Assembly: GCA_034520565.1 (NCBI GenBank)
Contig: JAXHNL010000002.1
Span: 128,001-192,000 of the forward strand
From: Halodesulfurarchaeum sp.
GTDB taxonomy: Archaea > Halobacteriota > Halobacteria > Halobacteriales > Halobacteriaceae
DNA length: 64,000 bases
Direction of reading: 5' to 3'
Part shown: in pieces, positions 9,887-19,631 of the stretch
How positions within the stretch are numbered: the stretch's first letter is position 1
Layout of the letters: each line of letters starts with the position of its first letter
The notes under the pieces: generated by a model
Told to the model about the DNA's origin: nothing
Databases searched by the model: none
The model's input: only the letters and a program-made list of their open reading frames with translations
Position numbers and translations under genes: made by a program

Positions 9887-10312
9887 ATGGCACAAACGAT
9901 CAAGGAAATGGTCTACTCGAGCGTCTCGCCCGAGGAGGTCTTCGAGTCCTTCTACGGGCTCAATCACCGCGAGCGCCAGACCTACGAGACGATCCTGCGC
10001 GCGGAGGAGCCACTCTCCGTGGAGGCCATCGCCGACCGAATGGACTGTTCGCTCTCGACGGCCTACCGCTACGTGGACACCCTGGAGGCCCACGACCTCG
10101 TGCACGTCACCGGACTCTACGGGGGCGACTACCTCAAGTCGGCGTACACCGCCGTTGATCCCGCGGAGATCGCCGAGCACATGTTCGAGTACGTCGATTA
10201 CAAGTACCGGAAATGCGAGCAAAACATCGAGGCGATCGCCGAGCGCACGGGCGACGACGCGGACTGCGAGGAAACCGAGTGGGATCGCCCGGGCACGTTT
10301 CTCTCGCACTGA
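9887..10312 (+). CDS. TrmB-like HTH transcriptional regulator
   Basis: YGLNHRERQTY...LSVEAIADRMDCSLSTAYRYVDTL. Confidence 0.75.
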   Translation: MAQTIKEMVYSSVSPEEVFESFYGLNHRERQTYETILRAEEPLSVEAIADRMDCSLSTAYRYVDTLEAHDLVHVTGLYGGDYLKSAYTAVDPAEIAEHMFEYVDYKYRKCEQNIEAIAERTGDDADCEETEWDRPGTFLSH

Positions 10313-10429
10313 CGGGACGGTCGATCGAACCGGGTCGTCGTTGCTGCCATCGGGTGTCGTTTCGTCTGGTCGAGTCGAGAGATGACAGGAAGTTTTGGGT
10401 ACTGTCAGTGAACGGCGAACACGACCGCG

Positions 10430-11512
10430 TTACACGACTGTGAGCGGAAGTTTCACTGCCGCGAAGATGATGACATAGCGGAGGAAAAAGCCCCCGACCA
10501 GCACCAGCCCGTACTTCAGGACGTAGCCTGCCCGGAAGATGGTATGCCACGTGTGGCTGCGCTCGTCGAGATCCCAGAGCGCTGAAGAGCCAGTCATCAC
10601 GAGCGAGAGCGCGAGCGGCGTGAGCAATCCGAGCCCGACGACGCCGACCCAGAACGGCGTCGAAAACACCGAGTTAAGCGACTCGACGGTAGCCTGACTC
10701 GCGAGGCACTCACTTCGACCCTGGAGGACGCGGTAGAACGTCAGGAGAATCCCGAGTTCGATCACGATGAGCGCGTCGTCGGCCAGGCTGTACTGGTGAA
10801 CAGTCTCGGTGAGGCCGTCGAAGATGGTCGGTATCGCGACCGTGGCTGCCAGGCCCGTCGAAACGCCGCTCATGAGAAAGAGCGGCGGCAGGTAGCTCCG
10901 GTTCCAGAGCGGACAGGTCCACAGGTCCGAGAGGAGCATCGACGTGTAGACGATCACGCCGAGCCCGAGCACGGCCACGAAGCCGCGGACGAACGGGTGC
11001 AATCGCTCCGGCGGGCGGGTGCTGTCGGCAAATCGGTCGAACAGTTTCAGGAGGACGGGTTCGCCGGCGATCCTGACCCACCCGAGGATCCGGCGCGGGA
11101 CGTAACTCCCCGCCGTCTTGCCCCGCTTGTCCGAGCCGAACAGGAGCCAGATCGCATCGACGGTTGCAAGCACCGAGAACAGGACGATGAGCCAGGTCCC
11201 GATCACGAGCCACGAGCCGTAGTTCGTGAAGTTCCACACGAACGTCAGCGCACGGAGCGGCGCGCCGAGGTGATAAAGGAGGGCGGCGGTGCCGACCCCG
11301 ATCGACACGATCGCGAGAATGCCACCCCATCGGGCGGTCTCTCCCCGCGATCTTGCCTCGGCCTCGTCGGCCGTCCGACCCTGCAATACCATCGCCGTCA
11401 TCGAGGTCACGTAGGAGCCGCCGCTCACCCCACCGAGAAAGAGGTAGGTGGCGATGAACAGCCCCCAGTGAACCCGGGGCACCCAGAGGACGCCACTTTC
11501 TGCTGCGACCAT
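10430..11512 (-). CDS. psrC: NrfD/PsrC-family membrane anchor subunit
   Basis: HWGLFIATYLFLGG, HLGAP.R, YTSMLL, PLWN, LFLMSGVSTG, LVLVGGFFLRY. Confidence 0.85.
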   Translation of the reverse strand: MVAAESGVLWVPRVHWGLFIATYLFLGGVSGGSYVTSMTAMVLQGRTADEAEARSRGETARWGGILAIVSIGVGTAALLYHLGAPLRALTFVWNFTNYGSWLVIGTWLIVLFSVLATVDAIWLLFGSDKRGKTAGSYVPRRILGWVRIAGEPVLLKLFDRFADSTRPPERLHPFVRGFVAVLGLGVIVYTSMLLSDLWTCPLWNRSYLPPLFLMSGVSTGLAATVAIPTIFDGLTETVHQYSLADDALIVIELGILLTFYRVLQGRSECLASQATVESLNSVFSTPFWVGVVGLGLLTPLALSLVMTGSSALWDLDERSHTWHTIFRAGYVLKYGLVLVGGFFLRYVIIFAAVKLPLTVV

Positions 11513-11518
11513 CTGTTT

Positions 11519-12142
11519 TTACCCCTGGAACGGAATCGGTGTCTCGACATCCGCGGCCGCCTGACAGGTTTCGTCCGTCGGTGGCTCGACGATGACCGAG
11601 GTCGGGTTCTGCTCGAACCGTCGCGCGGCGGCCTCCGAGGCCAGATCCATCAACTCGCCGATCGGGCCGGCGTGGAGTGCCTCGCCCACGCACTCGTCGA
11701 CGCAGGCGGGTTCGAGCGGCTCGTCCTGGGTGTTTTTCGACTCGGCCCCGGCACCGGCGCCGGGCCCCTTGTCGAGACAGAGGTTGCACTTCTGCATCAA
11801 GCCCTCCTCGCCGTACTGGGGCGCGCCATACGGGCAGGCCCACCCACAGTACCGACAGCCGATACAGTCGTCGCGATTGATAGTGACGATGCCGTCGCTG
11901 TCCCGCTTCTCGATGGCGTTGGTCGGGCAGACGTTCACACACGGGGCGTCCTCACAGTGCATGCAGGAAAGGGAGATATTCGTCTCCTGATAGTCGGGGA
12001 ACTCGCCGGTTGCAACGGTTTCGACCCGTCGCCAGTCGACGTGGCCGGCGTCGACGTCGTGCCGGTTTTTGCAGGCGATCGCACAGGCGTTACAGCCCAT
12101 ACAGGCGTTCGAGTCGAAGTAGAACCCCCACTGCTCGCCCAT
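11519..12142 (-). CDS. psrB: Four-cluster Fe-S electron-transfer subunit (PsrB/DmsB)
   Basis: CMGCNACAIAC, CMHCEDAPCVNVCP, CIGCRYCGWACPYG, KCNLC...PACVDEC. Confidence 0.9.
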   Translation of the reverse strand: MGEQWGFYFDSNACMGCNACAIACKNRHDVDAGHVDWRRVETVATGEFPDYQETNISLSCMHCEDAPCVNVCPTNAIEKRDSDGIVTINRDDCIGCRYCGWACPYGAPQYGEEGLMQKCNLCLDKGPGAGAGAESKNTQDEPLEPACVDECVGEALHAGPIGELMDLASEAAARRFEQNPTSVIVEPPTDETCQAAADVETPIPFQG

Positions 12143-14517
12143 CAGTGTTCACCTCCACGCTTCGAGACGGAAATCGCGATGTGTCTATCGATTTCGCCGG
12201 AGATCGGATCGATCTGGTCTGGCCTGTTCAGTAACATGTTGTTCGCGCCCTCCTCGTCTGCCCGCTTGTCCGCTGTCTCGCCGGTGTCCTGAATGGAGCC
12301 GCGACCGAACCCGTAGGGCTCGACGCTGACGGCCCCGGGACGAATCCCTTCCGTAACCGCTGCCATCAGTTCGGCCTCCCCGTGTTCGGAAGCGATCGTA
12401 ACCATGTCCCCGTGTTCGATACCCCGCGCCTCGGCGTCCTCGGTGTTGATCACGAGGTAGTTGCCGCGGTACTCGTGGTGTTCGAGATCGTAGGATTCGG
12501 CCAGCTGTTCGAGCGGCTTGGAGAGGGCCTGGTCGCCCCCGTGAGAGAACTCAACCGTGCGGGCGTCGATCATCTCCAGGGGGTACTCCTCGGTCAGTTC
12601 GTCGCCGATCGTCCCCGGGGGCACCCACTGTGGCCCGGTCTCGATCTCGGTGCCGACCTCGTCGCTCAGCGTCTCGTAGGCGCCCGTGAGCTTCTTGTCG
12701 AGGTCGAACCAGAACGTATCCGCACCCTGTGCGAAACCGCCCTGTTTCCACTTCTCGTAGCCGAACTCGTCGGTAAGGACGTACGTGTCCTCGGCCTCCA
12801 GGTCCTCGAGGATCAAATCGAGGGCGGAGAGCTGATCGTTTATGTACGCCTCCTTGGAGTCCCAGACGAAGTAGTCCTCGAAGCCCATCGCCCGGCCCAG
12901 CCCCTGGATAATGTCGAAGCCAGACTTGGTGTTCCACTGGGGTTCGATCGCGGCCTTCGAACCGGTGACCCACGTCTCCGTGTTGTAGGCGCCGTAGCCA
13001 CCGGAGCCAAGCATCGGCTTTTCGAGCTGTGAGGACTCGGGGAAGACCACGTCGGCTTTCCGGGCCGTCTCGCTCCAGAACGCGTCGATGCCGATGATGA
13101 GGTCCATCTGGTCGAGCGCGCCCGCCCGGTCCTCGGTGCCCAGCCACTCCTGACTGGCGCCGTCCGTGACCGGATTGCGGTAGTAATAGACCATCCCGTT
13201 CACGACCCCGTCTTCGACCATCTTGGGGACGTTGTTCTGGACGGGCTTGTTGGTGAGAGACGCATACCCCGCGTCGGGGTCGGTCAAGTAGCACATATTC
13301 TCCGCAGCGTTGTCCGGGAGATCGGCTTCACACCCGACCTCGAAGGGGTCCGAGAGGTCCGGCGACCCGAACCAGCGCTGACCACCCGGCCGGTCGATGT
13401 TGCCAACGAGGCCGGTCAGTGCCACGACGTTCTGGGCCGCCTTCTGGTGGTCGGCACTCTGCCCAAGCCCGGTCCAGGAGGTGATCGCGGCCTGCGGGGC
13501 GGACCGACCGAAGCCCGTCGCGACCTCGCGGATGACGTCGGGCTCGAGCCCGGTCTTCTCGGCCGCCCATTCCGGCGTTTTGTCGGCAACGGCCTCCCGG
13601 TAGGCCTCGAACCCGTGGGTGTGATTCTCGACGAACTCGGCGTCGTAGAGCACCTCCTCGATGATGACGTTGGCCATCGCGAGCGCGAGTGCGCCGTCCG
13701 TTCGGGGCTCGATCGGGAGCCACTTGTCCGACTTCTTGGCGGTCTCCGTGTAGACCGGGTCGATCGTGACGATCGTCGCGCCACGCTCTCTGGCCCGGAG
13801 CAACTGCTTTGCCTCCCACTGGCCGGCGAAGGTCTCGAGTGGATCCCGCCCCCAGACGAGGAGGTACTCCGTGTTCTCGTAGTCGACCCAGCGGATGTTC
13901 CCGCCGCCAAGTCCCATGAGCGTCCCGGTGACGGCCATGGAACCGAAACAGGTCGGGGTCGGATGGGGCATCGAGTTCGGGCAGCCATAGAGGTTCCCGA
14001 AGAGGGTACTGAAGATGCCGGCAGTTCCCCACCCGTGGAACTCGATCAGGCTCTCCGGCCCGTACTCCGCCTTAAACTCCTCGAGGCGGCCGGCGGCGTA
14101 CTCGAAGGCCTCGTCCCAGCTCACGGCCGTCAGGTCGCCGTCTTTCCTGACGTAGGGCTGCTTGATCCGCTTGGGCGAGTAGGCCTTTTCGACCTGTGAG
14201 AGCCCCTTCGGGCAAAGCGTGCCCTTCGTCCCCTCGCCCGCACTTCCGCGCGGGTGGCCATCGATACCGTGGACTTCGGTCGCGATTTCGGACCCGTCCT
14301 GGGTTGCTTCGAGGGTCACCTCCATGCCACAGAGCTTGTGACATTGCCAGCAGTTCCCGTATGCGGTGTGCTCGTTCGACGATTCGCTCTTGGCATCCCC
14401 GGACTGAGCGGCCGTGGCACCGACGCCGGCCGCGAGCGCGCCGGCAGCGGATGCCTTCAAGAGTGTCCGTCTGGTGAGGCCGTCAGTTTCCTCGCGGTCG
14501 GGCTGTGAGTGTGACAT
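12142..14517 (-). CDS. psrA: Tat-exported Mo/W-bisPGD oxidoreductase catalytic subunit, polysulfide/thiosulfate reductase (PsrA/PhsA)-like
   Basis: Tat motif TRRTLLK; FS0 motif CWQCHKLC...LCPKG; Cys at the likely metal-ligand position (HPTPTC); IDP.YT.TA, DGALALA; in an operon with B and C subunits. Confidence 0.75.
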   Translation of the reverse strand: MSHSQPDREETDGLTRRTLLKASAAGALAAGVGATAAQSGDAKSESSNEHTAYGNCWQCHKLCGMEVTLEATQDGSEIATEVHGIDGHPRGSAGEGTKGTLCPKGLSQVEKAYSPKRIKQPYVRKDGDLTAVSWDEAFEYAAGRLEEFKAEYGPESLIEFHGWGTAGIFSTLFGNLYGCPNSMPHPTPTCFGSMAVTGTLMGLGGGNIRWVDYENTEYLLVWGRDPLETFAGQWEAKQLLRARERGATIVTIDPVYTETAKKSDKWLPIEPRTDGALALAMANVIIEEVLYDAEFVENHTHGFEAYREAVADKTPEWAAEKTGLEPDVIREVATGFGRSAPQAAITSWTGLGQSADHQKAAQNVVALTGLVGNIDRPGGQRWFGSPDLSDPFEVGCEADLPDNAAENMCYLTDPDAGYASLTNKPVQNNVPKMVEDGVVNGMVYYYRNPVTDGASQEWLGTEDRAGALDQMDLIIGIDAFWSETARKADVVFPESSQLEKPMLGSGGYGAYNTETWVTGSKAAIEPQWNTKSGFDIIQGLGRAMGFEDYFVWDSKEAYINDQLSALDLILEDLEAEDTYVLTDEFGYEKWKQGGFAQGADTFWFDLDKKLTGAYETLSDEVGTEIETGPQWVPPGTIGDELTEEYPLEMIDARTVEFSHGGDQALSKPLEQLAESYDLEHHEYRGNYLVINTEDAEARGIEHGDMVTIASEHGEAELMAAVTEGIRPGAVSVEPYGFGRGSIQDTGETADKRADEEGANNMLLNRPDQIDPISGEIDRHIAISVSKRGGEH

Positions 14518-14520
14518 CGC

Positions 14521-14742
14521 TTATTCCTCCGGCCCGGCGACCGGCCGCTCGTCGAAGCCGAACTCCTCGACGACCCGGTCGTGAAATCGCTCGTAGAACT
14601 CGGCTTCGGTCAGTTCGCCGGTTCGCAGCTGCTTTGCGGCCTCGCCCATCGCCTTGCCGAGTTCCCGATCGTACTCGGCCGCCGGCTCGGCGATCACAGA
14701 AAGCGGGGAGCTATCCGTCGGTCGTGACTCGTGTTCCGCCAT
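14521..14742 (-). CDS. Small protein resembling the N-terminal domain of haloarchaeal DmsE-type ferredoxins
   Basis: YDRELGKAMGEAA...GELTEAEFYERFHDRVVEEFGFDERP; first gene of the psr operon. Confidence 0.6.
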   Translation of the reverse strand: MAEHESRPTDSSPLSVIAEPAAEYDRELGKAMGEAAKQLRTGELTEAEFYERFHDRVVEEFGFDERPVAGPEE

Positions 14743-14815
14743 GGTGACTTCGGTGACTGCTATTCATCACACACACAAAGACCCGCGAACGGTTCCAATA
14801 ATCTTGTAAGCATTT

Positions 14816-15805
14816 TCAATAGTTACCCACAACCGTCGTAATCGTCGGGAGCCAATAACATGGCATCAAATGGCCGGTAACGGCTGTTTTGTCGTTTGGC
14901 ACTTCCAAACTGCGGGCGTATTTTCCGCCAGTGTCGTGAGTTGTTCGAACAATATTGATCCCGATACCGGTGGCCGCGTCCTTCATCGCCTCGAGGAGGG
15001 TCGGATCGACCGCGCCGTCCGCGTAAATCGTCCGTCGGGGACCGAGCACCCCCACCGATCCGACCACCTCCTCCTCGCCCCCGAAGATGGGGACGCCAAG
15101 ACAGGCGATCTGCCCGTGGTCGGTCACGGCGTATCCCTGTGCCGCGACGGTCTCCAGCCGGGCCGTCAATTCGTCGCGTTCGACCGGCAGTTCGCGGGCG
15201 TACTTCGCGAGCGGACAGTCGAACTCGCAGCCGGTATCACAGGAGAGCAGCCCGTACCGCTCGACGATCGATTCGACCGTCGCCGAATCCATCCCCGAAA
15301 GAATCGACAGCCCCGGCCCGTTGCAGTGGAGATACCGCCGGGTGCCCTGCGAGAGGCGGTTCTTCGAGATGAGGTCGGACGTCGTCCGGGAGTACAGGCA
15401 ATAGCCGTATCCGTGCTCGGGAGCCATCACGGTGAACACGCCCTCGAAGCGATCCGCGAGCGCGTCGATCTTCGGCTTCCCCTCCTCGAACAGGTTGCGC
15501 CCCCGGATCGATTTGTTGCAGACGTCCAGCACCCGGAGCCCGATGGCGAACTCGCCGGAATCGAGTTTCGTCACGTATCCCTCCGACCGGAGCGTACTGA
15601 CGTAATTCGAGGCCGTTCCCTTCGAGACGCCGAGTTCGTCGGCGATTTCGCCGATGGTGGCTCCGTCACGGTCTTTCAGCACCTCGATGAGTTCCAGCGT
15701 TCGCGAGGCTGCCTGTACCGGATTCGTCGGCAGGGCGGCTGGCTGCTGCTGGGGCACCCGGTATCCCTGGTCCGGGTCCATCCCGGCCCGCGGTCGTTTT
15801 GACAT
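14816..15805 (-). CDS. IclR-family transcriptional regulator
   Basis: PVQAASRTLELIEVL...EIADELGVSKGTASNYVSTLRSEGYV, C-terminal effector domain; start uncertain (15805 or 15781). Confidence 0.85.
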   Translation of the reverse strand: MSKRPRAGMDPDQGYRVPQQQPAALPTNPVQAASRTLELIEVLKDRDGATIGEIADELGVSKGTASNYVSTLRSEGYVTKLDSGEFAIGLRVLDVCNKSIRGRNLFEEGKPKIDALADRFEGVFTVMAPEHGYGYCLYSRTTSDLISKNRLSQGTRRYLHCNGPGLSILSGMDSATVESIVERYGLLSCDTGCEFDCPLAKYARELPVERDELTARLETVAAQGYAVTDHGQIACLGVPIFGGEEEVVGSVGVLGPRRTIYADGAVDPTLLEAMKDAATGIGINIVRTTHDTGGKYARSLEVPNDKTAVTGHLMPCYWLPTITTVVGNY

Positions 15806-16138
15806 ACTAAAACGTAGCGAGGGGAGGCATAAATGCGTTCCCAAATCCGGGATTCCGCCGATCGGGAAAAACCGGCAGCAAGCAGCCGAATTGGCTGTCC
15901 GAAGACGACCGTCGTTTTGCATTCCAAAACAAGAGACAGGTCGACGGATCGTCCGTCCCGATCACGTCGCGAACTGGCCACGGGAAGGGCCGATCGGCAC
16001 GTCAAGAAGGAGCATGATTGCAAATAATTCGTTCGTTTGGATGCGTAAAACTTACACTACAGAGCTTTTAGCCCCAAAATTCGGCAGTTTCGTGAGCCGA
16101 CGGTTCGGCAAGCGACCGAAATACCTAGCGATTCCGCC

Positions 16139-16759
16139 CTAGTGGAGTGCCCAGCCCGCCTTTTCGGCCGTCGGGACGATTCCCTCGAACTCCCAGCCCG
16201 CCTCCTCGGCGATTTGTTCCTGTCCCTCGGCCCCGACGAGGACGAGCCTGTCGGAGTGGAACGTGGATCCTTCGGCGGTGACCCGGGACAGTCGCTGGGC
16301 CGGCGAGGCCGCCCCGTTGAAGAAGTCGACGTCGACGCCGTTGCGCCGGAGGAAGGTGTTGATCGTCGGCGCGTCGGCCTCGCCGACGACGCCCACCCAG
16401 TCGGACCAGGACCGCGCCTCGGAAACCACGGCGGCCGGGTTCTCGAGCTGGGTCAGCGCGGCCAGGGTGAAGGCGGTAGTCAGGTCGTGTGCGTCGGGTT
16501 CCTCTGCCTCTTCCTCCTCGGTCGGTGCCTCACAAGATTCGCCACCGGAATCGACGGCCGGTTTCTCCCCCTTCGATTCCGGGACGCCTGGCATCTGGCT
16601 GCCCGAACTTGTGTTCGCGTTTCCCGCCTCCCGGGCGTCGGGTTCGCTGGGTTCCTCGGGAGACTCGTCTTCGCTGGGCACGCCCGGCATCGGCGCGCCG
16701 CCGTCAGTTCGGACTGGACGACCGGCGGTCCGTCCGTCGTCGCGGGCATCCGGGTTCAT
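16139..16759 (-). CDS. Conserved haloarchaeal hypothetical protein with low-complexity acidic N-terminus
   Basis: LTTAFTLAAL..LENPAAVVSEARSWSDWVGVVG...DFF...AEKAGW. Confidence 0.65.
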   Translation of the reverse strand: MNPDARDDGRTAGRPVRTDGGAPMPGVPSEDESPEEPSEPDAREAGNANTSSGSQMPGVPESKGEKPAVDSGGESCEAPTEEEEAEEPDAHDLTTAFTLAALTQLENPAAVVSEARSWSDWVGVVGEADAPTINTFLRRNGVDVDFFNGAASPAQRLSRVTAEGSTFHSDRLVLVGAEGQEQIAEEAGWEFEGIVPTAEKAGWALH

Positions 16760-16830
16760 GTCACCGCGTACTGGATAAGCGCCTATTATCTTGCTGGTCG
16801 CGAGAAGCCCAACCGGATCTGGACGAGCCA

Positions 16831-17199
16831 TCAGAACGGGGGTTCCGTCGTTCCGCCGTCTTCGCCTCCCGCTGGTCCGTCGACGCCGTCAAGCCTGCCC
16901 GACAAGTTGTCCTGTTCGAGCTGGAAAAAGCGCTCTCGCTGGGCGTCGGTCATGGTCGTGATCTCGGCCTCGAAGGACGCGCCGGTTTCCTCGACCGCCT
17001 CGCGAAGTCGCGAGACGAGGATGGTCTTGACCTGGTCGGGGATGTTCAACATCGGGAGCGCGAGCGTGACCGTCGCGGCCCTCCCGTCGAACTCGATGGC
17101 GGCGATCATCCCCAGATCGACGAGGGTCGCGTCGATCTCCGGATGGGTGACCGTCTCGACAGCCGCTTCGACCGCCTCCGCCGTCGGTTCGTCTGGCAT
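16831..17199 (-). CDS. DUF59/SufT-like Fe-S assembly domain protein
   Basis: VTHPEIDATLVDLGMI; start placed at MPDEPTAE. Confidence 0.7.
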   Translation of the reverse strand: MPDEPTAEAVEAAVETVTHPEIDATLVDLGMIAAIEFDGRAATVTLALPMLNIPDQVKTILVSRLREAVEETGASFEAEITTMTDAQRERFFQLEQDNLSGRLDGVDGPAGGEDGGTTEPPF

Positions 17200-17317
17200 G
17201 TCTCGATGTTGGGAAAGCGGCGGTGAATAGTTACTGGTTGCCCGCTGCAGTCCCCCGGTCGTGGGTGTATCGCGGGAATTCTCAAACCGAGCAACGGCCG
17301 AAACCGGTCCCGCCGAC

Positions 17318-17764
17318 TCACTCCGAGAGATTCCCCATCCACCCGATCTCCAGGTCCTCGATCGGCGGCCCTTTCGGCGCGTAGGGTTTGATATCGAGGA
17401 CCGGCGTCCCGTCGACGAGGTCGAGGTTCGAGACCGACAGCCGCGTTCCATCGATTCCGTCGAGGGCGAGAACCGACTGACCGATCGCGTTCGGTCGGGA
17501 GGGACCGGAGGTGGCGAAAATCCCGACCGGCGCTCCCTGGCCGAGCGGGCGGACCTGCAGGCGTTTTCGATCGACGAGGTGAAGATGAGTGATCGCCGTG
17601 ACGTGTGAGAACTCCTCGAGCCCCACGAGCCCCGGCTCGTATTCTGCCTCGAGAACGATCGACCCCGACGCTTCGACCGGCGTATTGCCGGGACGAGGCA
17701 CGTCTGCCGGATCCTCGAACGGCGACTCGACCACCCCGATCGGGCTGAACGTGACCGGCTTCAT
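17318..17764 (-). CDS. tsaA: tRNA t6A37 methyltransferase TrmO/TsaA family
   Basis: PIGVVESPF, GLEEFSH, GIFAT.GP.RPNAIG.S, LDLVDGTPVLDIKPY. Confidence 0.85.
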   Translation of the reverse strand: MKPVTFSPIGVVESPFEDPADVPRPGNTPVEASGSIVLEAEYEPGLVGLEEFSHVTAITHLHLVDRKRLQVRPLGQGAPVGIFATSGPSRPNAIGQSVLALDGIDGTRLSVSNLDLVDGTPVLDIKPYAPKGPPIEDLEIGWMGNLSE

Positions 17765-18039
17765 ACTGGAGAATTTGCTGACGAACGGTTAATTCTTCGG
17801 CTCTCCGTTGCCACGCGCAGCGGGCGATGAAACCACAGGCGACACCACCCCCCGCTGACATCGGGGTGTCGGCTTGCTCGAAATAACAACTCCTTTAGGA
17901 GGGTGAACGAACGTTCAAGCCGAGAAGCGATGGAGCGGTGCCAGGTCCCACGGAGAAATCGGCGTTGCGGTGACGGTTCCCTCCCCACGGAAAGTGGTAC
18001 CGATACCACGTCACTTCGCTCAAGCACCGTCGTGAGACC

Positions 18040-19482
18040 ATGAGGGGGAAACGGCCGATCGGGGCCATCAAACGCGCACTCGACACCGTCTTCCGCACCG
18101 AGGAGGACCTCGAGATGCTGACTGGGTCGATCGGAAAGCCGCTGTTCTTCCTCTCCCTGCCCCTGGTGCTAACCAACCTTCTCCAGAGCGCCTACAACAT
18201 TGCCGACACCTTCTGGTTGGGCCAGTACGGGACGAACGAACTCGCGGCGATCAGTTTCGCCTGGCCGCCACTGTTCCTGCTAATGATGCTGGGGATGGGG
18301 GTCGCCGTAGCCGGGAGCGTGCTCGTCGCTCAATACACGGGTGCGGGGAAGGAACGGACCGCCGAATACTCGGCCGCACAGACGATCACCTTTGCCGTGC
18401 TCGCCTCCGTCGTCATCGGCTCGATCGGCTACCTGATGGCCGGACCGTTGATCGGCGTTCTCGGGGCGGCGCCCGAGGTACATCCGCTCGCGACGGGGTA
18501 TCTCCAGGTCGTCTCGATCGGGTACGTGTTCATGTTCGGGTTCATGGTCTTCAACTCGGTCATGCGGGGGTACGGTGACACCGTTACGCCCATGCTGGTC
18601 ATGGCCGCGACGGTGGTTTTGAACATCGTCCTTGACCCGTTCCCGATCTTCGGGTGGGGACCGTTTCCCGAACTGGGAATCCTCGGTGCGGCCTACGCGA
18701 CGATCTTCTCCCGGGCGGTGGGACTCGCGATCGGGATGTACGTCATGCTTTATTCGAGCCGTGGCATCACGATCCACCTCCGGGATACCATCCCCGACCT
18801 GGCCTTTTTCCGCCGGATCGTCCGAATCGGTGCTCCGGCCGCCGTCGAGGGGGTGAGCCGAGCCGTCTCACAGAACCTCCTCATGATCGTCGTCGGCTGG
18901 TTCGCGACCCCGATCGTGGCGGGATTCGGGATCGCAACGCGGGTGTTCTCGATCGTCTTCACGCTGGGCGTCGCCGTCGACCGGGGCGTCGAAACGATGT
19001 CCGGGCAGAACCTTGGGGCGGAGAAACCCGACAGAGCCGGGTCCGCCGCCCGCATCGCTGCGATCGGGCTGTTCGTCTTCCTGTCGGGAATCGGTGCGGT
19101 CCTCTTCGTCGGCGCTGTGCCGATCTCTGCCCTGTTCACCCCCGATCAGGCCGTCATCGACGCCTCCGCCGAATTCATGCGGTGGGTCGCCCCAACCCTC
19201 GGATTCATCGGACTCATGCGGGCCTATTCGGGCAGTTTGCGAGGAGCCGGGAAAACGCTGACCGTGGCGGCGATCGCCGTCCTGATGATGGGCGTCACGC
19301 GGTTTCCCCTCGCCTGGATTGCCGCCTCCATCATGGGCGAAACGGGTATCTGGCTCGCCTTCGGCGCCTCGAACGTCGTCGGCGGTCTCGTCGCCTACCT
19401 CTGGTATCAGCGGGGGACGTGGCGGAACGTCGACCTGACCGAGCAGGAACCCGACCTTCCGGTAGAGGAGGTTCCGGAGTAA
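18040..19482 (+). CDS. MATE-family efflux transporter
   Basis: LTGSIGKPLFFLSLP, YNIADTFWLG, RGYGDT.TP, NIVLDP, GQNLGA; about 12 TM. Confidence 0.9.
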   Translation: MRGKRPIGAIKRALDTVFRTEEDLEMLTGSIGKPLFFLSLPLVLTNLLQSAYNIADTFWLGQYGTNELAAISFAWPPLFLLMMLGMGVAVAGSVLVAQYTGAGKERTAEYSAAQTITFAVLASVVIGSIGYLMAGPLIGVLGAAPEVHPLATGYLQVVSIGYVFMFGFMVFNSVMRGYGDTVTPMLVMAATVVLNIVLDPFPIFGWGPFPELGILGAAYATIFSRAVGLAIGMYVMLYSSRGITIHLRDTIPDLAFFRRIVRIGAPAAVEGVSRAVSQNLLMIVVGWFATPIVAGFGIATRVFSIVFTLGVAVDRGVETMSGQNLGAEKPDRAGSAARIAAIGLFVFLSGIGAVLFVGAVPISALFTPDQAVIDASAEFMRWVAPTLGFIGLMRAYSGSLRGAGKTLTVAAIAVLMMGVTRFPLAWIAASIMGETGIWLAFGASNVVGGLVAYLWYQRGTWRNVDLTEQEPDLPVEEVPE

Positions 19483-19631
19483 CTCGCCGCCGATCACGCC
19501 AGTCGTGAAACGTTCGAGAAATCAGGAGCGCCATTCACGGGATCAGCAGTGTTCCGTTCGCGGAACCGATTTTGTGTTGTTCGCGAACTCAGCACAACTC
19601 CTATTACCGATCTCCCACCAACGTATCGTCA

